24,164 nucleotides of DNA from Spirochaetaceae bacterium. Its GTDB lineage: Bacteria; Spirochaetota; Spirochaetia; DSM-2461. Under the pieces are notes generated by a model. That model did not search any database. It was not told the origin of the DNA and saw nothing but the letters and a program-made list of their open reading frames with translations. Position 1 is the stretch's first letter. Every line of letters begins with the position of its first letter. Both the position numbers and the translations under genes were made by a program. Location: NCBI GenBank assembly GCA_027858495.1, contig JAQICO010000151.1, positions 1 to 24,164 of the forward strand. Direction: 5' to 3'. Shown here one piece after another: positions 7,129-14,335 of this stretch.

Positions 7129-8382
7129 ATGAAACTGGCTCAAATTGCATTAAGAAATATCAGCCGTAATCGGCGTCGAAGCATTTTGTCTGGTTCCGCT
7201 ATTTCCGTGGCCACCATGAGTATTGTGTTGCTCTTTTCTTTAATGGCGGGAATGACCGTGGATTTAAAAGACAATATGCAGACCTATAGAACCGGTGCTA
7301 TCCGGCTTAGGAACCGGGATTTTGGGAAATATGAAAGACTGAATCCAACACACTTAGTGGTTAGAAACGGTCAAGCCATCATGAATATTCTGGAAGAGCA
7401 GGAAGAGATATCCAGCCTGTCTCCCAGAATCAATTTTATGGGAGCCTATACCTGGGATGATAAATTAAAAAATGTCATGGGTGTCGCCGTGGATTTCCAG
7501 CGGGAAGAGGGCTTTCAGAATATTTCAGAGGTTTTGGTTGCCGGCCGGCTTCCCACTCCTGGAACTTCTGAAGCACTGGTTGGTGTTAAAATGGCCCAGA
7601 AACTAGGGGTTAATTTTGAAGACGATTTAGAGGATAAAATAACCATCGTCACCACCACGGCTCAAAGAAGAAAGAAACTTTTCACCATAGAGATTGTGGG
7701 TATTGCCGGATTTCCCATGTCTGCCTTAAACGATGCCATGGTTTTAATACCCCTTGATAGGGCCCAAGACCTGCTGCGCATGCCCGATGCCTATTCTGAA
7801 ATCCTGATAAAGGTGGACGAAGATGTGGTTGACGTAGATCTGTACACGCCTCAATTGGCAGAACTGCTCCCTCTGGAAACCGAAAGAGAAGAAGATTCCC
7901 TGGAATTGAAAAGCTGGAAAGAAGACAATACCATCTGGGGTATGATGAGCATGGCTCAGGCCATGTATATGATCTTTGCCTTTTTCTTCTTCGTGCTGGG
8001 CAGCTCGGTAATCATCAATACCACCATGATGGTAATTTTTGAACGCATGCGTGAAATCGGTACCCTTGCAGCCATGGGGATGAGAGGTCGAGAGTTAACT
8101 AAATTATTCTTCTTAGAAGCCTTTTTTATATCCTTCTTCGGGGCCTTGGCGGGATTGATTGTGGGCATGATAATTACCCAGATTTTTCATGTCTTCGGAT
8201 TGAATCTGGGAGCCATGATGGAGGGCATCGACTTTGATATTTCCACCATTATCTACCCTCAGCTGGATCTCTTTTATACCGCCTTTACCTTTGTCTTTGC
8301 CGTGCTGGTGGCATCGTTGGCAACCTTTATACCCTCAATAAGAGCTTCAAGAATCGAACCGGTAGACGCGTTGAGGGCATAG
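7129..8382 (+). CDS. ABC transporter permease, FtsX/MacB-like (417 aa); permease 2, divergent paralog.
   Basis: Topology matches permease 1: N-TM 'IALRNISRNRRRSILSGSAISVATMSIVLLFSLMAG', a periplasmic domain, and a C-terminal module 'MYMIFAFFFFVLGSSVIINTTMMVIFERMREIGTLAAMGMRGRELTKLFFLEAFFISFFGALAGLIVGMII'. RBS is 'taggaggg'. Confidence 0.8.
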   Translation: MKLAQIALRNISRNRRRSILSGSAISVATMSIVLLFSLMAGMTVDLKDNMQTYRTGAIRLRNRDFGKYERLNPTHLVVRNGQAIMNILEEQEEISSLSPRINFMGAYTWDDKLKNVMGVAVDFQREEGFQNISEVLVAGRLPTPGTSEALVGVKMAQKLGVNFEDDLEDKITIVTTTAQRRKKLFTIEIVGIAGFPMSALNDAMVLIPLDRAQDLLRMPDAYSEILIKVDEDVVDVDLYTPQLAELLPLETEREEDSLELKSWKEDNTIWGMMSMAQAMYMIFAFFFFVLGSSVIINTTMMVIFERMREIGTLAAMGMRGRELTKLFFLEAFFISFFGALAGLIVGMIITQIFHVFGLNLGAMMEGIDFDISTIIYPQLDLFYTAFTFVFAVLVASLATFIPSIRASRIEPVDALRA

Positions 8383-8408
8383 TAGATTTAATATTTTAGG
8401 AGGAAAAA

Positions 8409-9134
8409 ATGAAAAATTGGATAATTGTAAGCATGATATTTGCATTGACCACAGGGCTTTGGGCCATCACCGGTGATGAAATTATAGAACGTTCCGATGC
8501 CCAGCAGCGGTTTGATACAATGAAAAGTACTGGAATAATGAGAGCTGATGACCGTTTTGGTACCATTGAAAGTACCTTCATTTCACATAGCAGAGGAGAC
8601 AATGAGTTTTTGCTGGAGTTCACCAATATCGAAGAACAGGGTCAAAAGGTTTTACGGGTGGACGGAGATATCTACCTTTACGATCCCGATGCCGAAGAAA
8701 CCCTCAGAATGAGCGGTTCCTCCTTAAAGGATTCCATGTTCGGAGACATCTCCTATGAAGATGTCTCCGAGGGAAATGATACACTGAGTAAATATGATGC
8801 AGCGTTATTAAAGGAAGAAGCCATAAACGGAGTGAACTGTTACCTGGTGGAATTGACTGCCAAAACCCGCAGCGTGCCCTATCATCGTCAGCTCCTATGG
8901 ATCAGAGTGGACAATTTAGTACTGCTGCGTGGAGAATATTATTCCCGCCGGGGAACGCTGCTCAAGGAAATCCGTGTCTTGGAAACCATGGAGATCGGCG
9001 GTAAAGTGGTGTTGTCCCACTTGATTCTTGAAGATAAGGTTCGTGAGGATTCCTCTACCGAATTGATCATGAATAATATTGAGGTGAACATTGAATTGGA
9101 CGACCGTATGTTCACCGAGGAAGCGTTATTCTAA
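8409..9134 (+). CDS. LolA-like periplasmic protein (outer-membrane lipoprotein-sorting protein family, Pfam LolA_like type), 241 aa with signal peptide.
   Basis: Signal peptide 'MKNWIIVSMIFALTTGLWA'. The mature region is a beta-rich fold with the family-typical 'MSGSSLKDSMFGDISYEDV' (GSDFSYEDL-like) motif, plus 'CYLVELTAK' and 'YYSRRGTLLKE' segments. Strong RBS 'aggaggaaaaaATG'. It is embedded between FtsX permease genes, a typical neighbourhood for this family. Confidence 0.6.
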   Translation: MKNWIIVSMIFALTTGLWAITGDEIIERSDAQQRFDTMKSTGIMRADDRFGTIESTFISHSRGDNEFLLEFTNIEEQGQKVLRVDGDIYLYDPDAEETLRMSGSSLKDSMFGDISYEDVSEGNDTLSKYDAALLKEEAINGVNCYLVELTAKTRSVPYHRQLLWIRVDNLVLLRGEYYSRRGTLLKEIRVLETMEIGGKVVLSHLILEDKVREDSSTELIMNNIEVNIELDDRMFTEEALF

Positions 9135-10378
9135 TGAAATCCAAGTATATATTTACATTGGCCATAAAAAATTTAACCCGCCATAAGCGCAGGACCTTTA
9201 TTACTGTGTTGGTACTGGCCATCGGTATAGCAACCTTTATTCTTCTGGACTCCATGCTTATTGGAGCCCGGAGGGCTTCAGAGATAAATCTGATCCGCCA
9301 TGAGATGGGATCGGCCAAGTTAGTAACACCGGAATATTGGGACGAGTGGAGGGATTTCCCCTTGAAATCCTCCGTGGAGAATCCCCGGGATATAATCCAG
9401 GCCCTGGATGATGCGGGAATTACAGCAGTCCCCCGGATACAGATAAATACCACCATGGTAATCAATTCAGGAATTGGAGGTTCCCTGCCCTCCCTGCTGA
9501 TTGGAATGGATATGCAGCAGGATTCCAAGGTTTTTGATACCCAGGGAGCCCTGAGCAGCGGACGGCTGCCCCAACCGGGTGAGGAAGCCTTGTTAATGGG
9601 ATCATGGATGGCAACAGATCTGAAATTGGAACTGGGTGATATTGTCTTTTTTCAAGTGGTTGACCGTCAGGGAGGCAATGAGGTCCTGGAAGCAGAGATT
9701 GTGGGGCTACTGGATACTCCCGACCCCATGGTAAACCGTATGGGGGTATATATTCCCCTGGATACCCTGGACTATTATCTATTCATGGAAGAAAGTGTAA
9801 CGGAAATTGCCCTATCCTTTCCCATGGGACCGGGAAAACGATCCGCAAGAAAAAACGCTGAGAACATAGCCAAGGATTTCGGCTTGGAGCTTCATACTTG
9901 GCAGGATTGGTCACAGGATTATCTCGCTGCTTCTGAGGGTGACAAATACGGATCTTTCATTATTCTCGTGTTGGTGTTTATTATTGCGGCAGTGGGTTTT
10001 TCCAATACACTGCTGATGGCATTGCTGGAACGGGTACCGGAAACTGGAATGATGCGGGCCCTGGGAACCACACAGGCCCAGTTGAGACGGTTGTTTTTAA
10101 CAGAATCTCTAATGCAGGGCCTGGCAGGATCTCTATTTGGAATATTCCTTGGTGTTTTATTTAATATCCCGGTGGTACTAAAGGGAATCGATTACAGCAG
10201 TATAATGCGAGATATGAGTGTGGGCTATCGCTTTACGGGAATAATTTACGGAGTCTGGGCTTCCAGCAGCTATATTATCTCTATGTTAAGCGGGGTGTCC
10301 ATTGCACTTGCCGTGTCCTGGTTCAGCATTAAAAAAGCTCTCAAATTGAAGATAACCGATTCCATTCGGGGGAATTAG
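9134..10378 (+). CDS. ABC transporter permease, FtsX/MacB-like (414 aa); permease 3, close paralog of permease 1.
   Basis: Aligns with permease 1 along its whole length. Examples: 'IKNLTRHKRRTFITVLVLAIGIATFILLDSML' vs 'LKNILRYKRRTIITALAIGMGLMMFILTDSML', and 'LVLVFIIAAVGFSNTLLMALLERVPETGMMRALG' vs 'LFLVFIIAAVGISNTVLMSIFERVRELGMMRALG'. Its start overlaps the LolA-like stop (TAATG). Confidence 0.85.
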   Translation: MKSKYIFTLAIKNLTRHKRRTFITVLVLAIGIATFILLDSMLIGARRASEINLIRHEMGSAKLVTPEYWDEWRDFPLKSSVENPRDIIQALDDAGITAVPRIQINTTMVINSGIGGSLPSLLIGMDMQQDSKVFDTQGALSSGRLPQPGEEALLMGSWMATDLKLELGDIVFFQVVDRQGGNEVLEAEIVGLLDTPDPMVNRMGVYIPLDTLDYYLFMEESVTEIALSFPMGPGKRSARKNAENIAKDFGLELHTWQDWSQDYLAASEGDKYGSFIILVLVFIIAAVGFSNTLLMALLERVPETGMMRALGTTQAQLRRLFLTESLMQGLAGSLFGIFLGVLFNIPVVLKGIDYSSIMRDMSVGYRFTGIIYGVWASSSYIISMLSGVSIALAVSWFSIKKALKLKITDSIRGN

Positions 10379-10440
10379 ACTCAGCTCATTTCCAAGTATA
10401 ATTCCTTTCGACAGAGGGAGTGTCTTAGAGGAGAATAACA

Positions 10441-11649
10441 ATGAAAAAAAATATAATCATCATCTTTGTACTGGGTTTATTGACTTCCCTGGCCGCAGAG
10501 ACCAGTCTGAGTCTGGATATGCGTTTTATGCAGTCCCTCTATCGCGGTGCGGATAATAAATTATACAGTCAACCTGCAGGTACGGTGGAAATGACCATGC
10601 GATCTGCAGGAAACAGCGATGTTAAGGCCGATCTAATGATCGATTACATACCCATGAATGCCCCGCCAGGCGGAATGGCGCTGCCCCTTTTTGATCTTAA
10701 AAAAGCCTCGGTAAAGCTTCGTTTCCCCGGTCTTAGAATAACCATGGGTAAAACCCGGGTAGGCTGGGGTGAAGGGTCGGTTTTTAATTCCGGCGCTGTG
10801 CTTTTTGGAAGTCTCTCTCCCCTGGTTGACCTGACCCAGGATGAAGCCCGAACTGATACAGCCTGGCTGACCTTGCTTCGCTGGAGTCCCTCGGGAGATT
10901 TCTGGGTGGAGGGGATTTATATGCCTCCCACTCCCTCCTGGGATATTTCCATTGATAATGATGCCGACGATGTTACCCCGGAATATTTTTCCTTAAATAA
11001 CAGTGTTCCCGATGTCTACAGCAGTTCTGCCGGCTTGCGGATGGTGGGTGAATTGGGAGACCTGATTGTGGAAACCGGATATCTTGCCAAGGGAGAGTTA
11101 AAGGCCCTGGGTGATGTCACTGGTCATCGGCCCTATATTACCCTTCATGGAGAAATGTATTTTGATCTTTATGGCTCGGCATCCATGGCCATACCCTGGC
11201 AGGATTTTGACTGGGATACAGATCGAGGGTCCTTTAATATCAGCGCAGGTCTGTTCCGTCAGTTTCAACTATGGTATGACGGTACATTGTCCGCACGGAT
11301 GGAATTTTTGGTCTTTCCCTATCAAAAATGGGAGGAACAGGATTTCAGGCTAAATCCTCTGGCAAATGAGACCTACAGTCTTTATTTATACCCCGAGTTT
11401 AATTTAGCCATAGGACGAAATTTAAATATCCCCCTAATGGCCATGATTTCACCGCTGGATCAATCTGCCCAGATAACCGCGGGATTCTCCTGGAAGGTAT
11501 ATCAGGGATTCAGCTTCTTGGGTTACGGAATCTTTTCTGTAGGCCAATCGAAAGATGTTTTCGCCTGGGACAGACTATCCTCCGATCTTATGGTGGGCGA
11601 TGTAATAAATGGCTGGTCCGTAATGACTGGGCTTAGGTATACCTTCTAA
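10441..11649 (+). CDS. Predicted outer-membrane beta-barrel protein (402 aa) with signal peptide and C-terminal beta-signal.
   Basis: Signal peptide 'MKKNIIIIFVLGLLTSLAAE'. Amphipathic alternating-hydrophobic strands run throughout. The C-terminus '...WSVMTGLRYTF' has the OMP beta-signal pattern: terminal Phe and hydrophobic residues at -3 and -5. RBS is 'agaggag'. No family assignment possible by eye. Confidence 0.55.
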   Translation: MKKNIIIIFVLGLLTSLAAETSLSLDMRFMQSLYRGADNKLYSQPAGTVEMTMRSAGNSDVKADLMIDYIPMNAPPGGMALPLFDLKKASVKLRFPGLRITMGKTRVGWGEGSVFNSGAVLFGSLSPLVDLTQDEARTDTAWLTLLRWSPSGDFWVEGIYMPPTPSWDISIDNDADDVTPEYFSLNNSVPDVYSSSAGLRMVGELGDLIVETGYLAKGELKALGDVTGHRPYITLHGEMYFDLYGSASMAIPWQDFDWDTDRGSFNISAGLFRQFQLWYDGTLSARMEFLVFPYQKWEEQDFRLNPLANETYSLYLYPEFNLAIGRNLNIPLMAMISPLDQSAQITAGFSWKVYQGFSFLGYGIFSVGQSKDVFAWDRLSSDLMVGDVINGWSVMTGLRYTF

Positions 11650-11722
11650 TAAACTGGGATTGTGGGAATATTTAATAATCTCTAAACAGCTTTTGTCATG
11701 GTGTGTTATGATTATGCCTAAT

Positions 11723-12805
11723 ATGAAATTTTTTATATCGATTATTAGCCTATTATTATTTACCCAATGTCTCAGTTATGATGGACCGGAGATGGATTTA
11801 TCCAATGATCCCTTTTATTTGGGAGCAGACCTGTCATCGGTAAATGAAATGGAAGATCAAAATATTGTTTTTACCAGGGGAGATCAAACCATTGATCCCT
11901 ACGAATTTTTTTCCCATTGGGGCATGAATCTTGTAAGACTTCGCCTTTGGCATAGCCCTACTTGGACGGAGTACTTTACCTTGCCTGATGTCAAAAAAAG
12001 TATATCCAGGGCCAGGGAGCAGGGAATGACCGTTCTCTTGGATTTCCATTATTCCGATACTTGGGCTGATCCGGGAAGTCAAATCCCCCCTGCCAGCTGG
12101 CAGGGATCCTCCGATGAAGAGATGGCGGAGCAGTTGTATTTGTACACCTATGAAACCTTGGAGGCTCTGAACCAACAAGATTTACTTCCAGAAATGGTGC
12201 AGCTTGGTAATGAGATAAATCAGGGAATATTAAAATCACAAAGTGATATAGATTGGCCCAGACAATCCTTGTTATTCAATGCTGCCATTGCTGCTGTTCA
12301 TGAGATGGAGCAGACCAGTGGGAAATCCATTGAAATTATGCTGCATATAGCTGGGCCGGAGAATGCCCAATGGTGGTTTGATAAAGCCATAGAGGCAGGC
12401 ATTCAAGACTTCGACCTCATTGGGTTATCCTACTATCCCACGTGGAGTACCCTCGGGCTAAAGCAATGCGGTTCAATGCTGAGTTTTTTGGCTCAGCGAT
12501 ACCAGCGTCAAGTGATGATTGTTGAAACTGGATATCCATGGACATCGGAGGATTCCATAGATACAGCGGATAATATCCTTAATAAAGGGTTGCGCCGCTA
12601 TGGAATTTCCAAAGACGGACAGAGGCAATTCTTTGATGATTTGGTAGATATTGCCAGGGAGTCAGGAGCAATCGGCGTCGTTTACTGGGAGCCCGCATGG
12701 GTGTCCACCGATTCCCCCAGTCCCTGGGGAGTTGGTTCCCATTGGGAAAATATAACCTGGTTTGACTTTGAGAATCGATTACACCAATCATGGGAAACTC
12801 CATGA
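11723..12805 (+). CDS. Glycoside hydrolase family 53 endo-beta-1,4-galactanase, secreted or lipoprotein (361 aa from the ATG at 11723).
   Basis: Shows the GH53 hallmarks 'DFHYSDTWADPGSQ', acid/base motif 'VQLGNEINQG' and nucleophile motif 'MIVETGYPW'. The N-terminal signal is 'MKFFISIISLLLFTQC'. The track ORF begins at a TTG at 11660 and ATGs also occur at 11708 and 11714, so the exact start is uncertain. Confidence 0.75.
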   Translation: MKFFISIISLLLFTQCLSYDGPEMDLSNDPFYLGADLSSVNEMEDQNIVFTRGDQTIDPYEFFSHWGMNLVRLRLWHSPTWTEYFTLPDVKKSISRAREQGMTVLLDFHYSDTWADPGSQIPPASWQGSSDEEMAEQLYLYTYETLEALNQQDLLPEMVQLGNEINQGILKSQSDIDWPRQSLLFNAAIAAVHEMEQTSGKSIEIMLHIAGPENAQWWFDKAIEAGIQDFDLIGLSYYPTWSTLGLKQCGSMLSFLAQRYQRQVMIVETGYPWTSEDSIDTADNILNKGLRRYGISKDGQRQFFDDLVDIARESGAIGVVYWEPAWVSTDSPSPWGVGSHWENITWFDFENRLHQSWETP

Positions 12806-14316
12806 CAGATCTTAAGGATTTTCTTCAATCTCATAGGCTTTTCACTCATCTTAACAGTAAACAGTTAAAATCCTTGGTACAGCATTGCAGGGTATTACAA
12901 TGCCCTATGGACTCCACTTTGTTTTATCCCAGAGAAAGAATCGATTCTCTTCTATTGGTGAGGGACGGATGTCTTTCCTTGGGAAAACAGAGGGCCTTTG
13001 GGGGCAACAGCCTGTTTATAAGCTCTCTGGCCCTTCCAATAGAAATGGATGAACCATTGATTGCCGCAGAAGAAAGTCGGATTATCATTCTAAAAAGAAA
13101 TGCCTTTCTTCGTTGGATTCGTGCCAATAGAGGAGCATTAAGACGTTTGGGTGCACATACTTTTGGCCAAAAAGAATGGGGATTCCCCTGGATTTTTTGG
13201 AAGGAATACGGTGCATTGCTGCCCCTGGGGCGAAAAGTGAAGAACCAGAAGGCCCTTTTGGTTCTCCGACGATGGTGGCCCCTATGGCTGGTTCGGCAGC
13301 TTCCATTTGTGGGTATAGCAGGGTTCTCCCTGTTCTTTCCTGTGGTTTGGTGGCTCGCCATACCTGCAGGACTGGCATTCCTCTTTTCTTTGCTTCTAAG
13401 ACATTCCAACGGGCTTTTTATAACACCTGCCTCGGTAATTGTCAGGATTTTTAAACTTAGAGGACTCCATCGTCAGGTGATGAAGATACCCCTTGAGCAA
13501 ATAAAGGCTCTGGAAATTCAGCGCCGTGGGATAATACCCTCCATATTAAGGGTGGGTAGTCTGGCCATGAAAACCAGTTCCTTACAGGGCTCCTTTGTGG
13601 TCCCTCAGATCAGAAAACCAGAAAGGGCAGAGCAGCTGCTAAACTCTTTAAGAGAACAAAGGGGTGGAGCGAAACCCGACAGATTAACCCGACTAAAAGA
13701 AGCATGGCAACGTAGAAAGTCCGATAATAATCACCCTAAAGAACTTTTCCAAGGATCGCTCTATAATCCTACTGTAAAAACCCAAGAGGTAATCCGTTTT
13801 AAGAAATCTCCCTTTGTATTATTTAAACATATATTTATACCATTATTGATATGGTTACTTCCGCTGAGCGCCTTGGTTTTCCAATTTTTTCCCGAGCCTT
13901 GGAATATTCCTCTTCTCCTTTTATCTCTTCCTCCTTTAGGATTGCTGCTCTATCGATGGGAGGATTGGCGAAATGATATTTTTAAGGTGGCCGGTGATTC
14001 TGTTTTTGACGTAGATAAAAAGCCCCTGGGTAAAGAGATGACCCGCCGCCAAACCCAGTTGGTTCAAATAGAAAATATCACCGCACGTCAGAAGGGTTTT
14101 GCTTCCTGGCTGTTCAATGCAGGGTCTGTTCGAATTATCTTACCGGGAGAAACCGGAGAATTTGAGTTTGAGGATGTAAAAGATCCTTGGTTTGTACAGG
14201 ATGAACTATTAAGGCTGCGCACAGAGGCTTTGGAAAAACAAAAAATGAGCCAACAGGATGAACGTTTTCAAGAGCTTTTGGATTTGGCTGATCTTTTGGC
14301 TCAAGAGCTTCGATAA
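12802..14316 (+). CDS. Membrane protein with an N-terminal cNMP-binding-like domain followed by two TM-hairpin + bPH_2 (YdbT/YdbS-like bacterial PH) modules (504 aa).
   Basis: Start taken at the ATGA overlap with the GH53 stop at 12802-12805 (the track start at 12790 is also possible). Residues ~10-110 resemble a degenerate cNMP-binding fold ('LFTHLNSKQLKSLVQHCRVLQCPMDSTLFYPRERIDSLLLVRDGCLSLG...FGGNSLF'). The first TM pair is 'LLVLRRWWPLWLVRQLPFVGIAGFSLFFPVVWWLAIPAGLAFLFSLLL'. bPH-like 1 is 'ITPASVIVRIFKLRGLHRQVMKIPLEQIKALEIQRRGIIPSILRVGSLAMKT'. The second TM pair is 'IFIPLLIWLLPLSALVF...LLLLSLPPLGLLLY'. bPH-like 2 is 'IFKVAGDSVFDVDKKPLGKEMTRRQTQLVQIENITARQKGFASWLFNAGSVRIIL'. A coiled-coil C-tail follows. 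Confidence 0.55.
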   Translation: MTDLKDFLQSHRLFTHLNSKQLKSLVQHCRVLQCPMDSTLFYPRERIDSLLLVRDGCLSLGKQRAFGGNSLFISSLALPIEMDEPLIAAEESRIIILKRNAFLRWIRANRGALRRLGAHTFGQKEWGFPWIFWKEYGALLPLGRKVKNQKALLVLRRWWPLWLVRQLPFVGIAGFSLFFPVVWWLAIPAGLAFLFSLLLRHSNGLFITPASVIVRIFKLRGLHRQVMKIPLEQIKALEIQRRGIIPSILRVGSLAMKTSSLQGSFVVPQIRKPERAEQLLNSLREQRGGAKPDRLTRLKEAWQRRKSDNNHPKELFQGSLYNPTVKTQEVIRFKKSPFVLFKHIFIPLLIWLLPLSALVFQFFPEPWNIPLLLLSLPPLGLLLYRWEDWRNDIFKVAGDSVFDVDKKPLGKEMTRRQTQLVQIENITARQKGFASWLFNAGSVRIILPGETGEFEFEDVKDPWFVQDELLRLRTEALEKQKMSQQDERFQELLDLADLLAQELR

Positions 14317-14335
14317 TTTTCCCGATTCTAAAAAT

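Noticed and set aside
11111-13454. Short ORFs overlapping the OMP, GH53 and bPH genes (11111..11353 +, 11834..12178 -, 11991..12239 -, 12579..12803 -, 12924..13409 -, 13085..13378 -, 13176..13454 +)
   Set aside because: All sit inside better-supported longer genes in other frames. No motifs.
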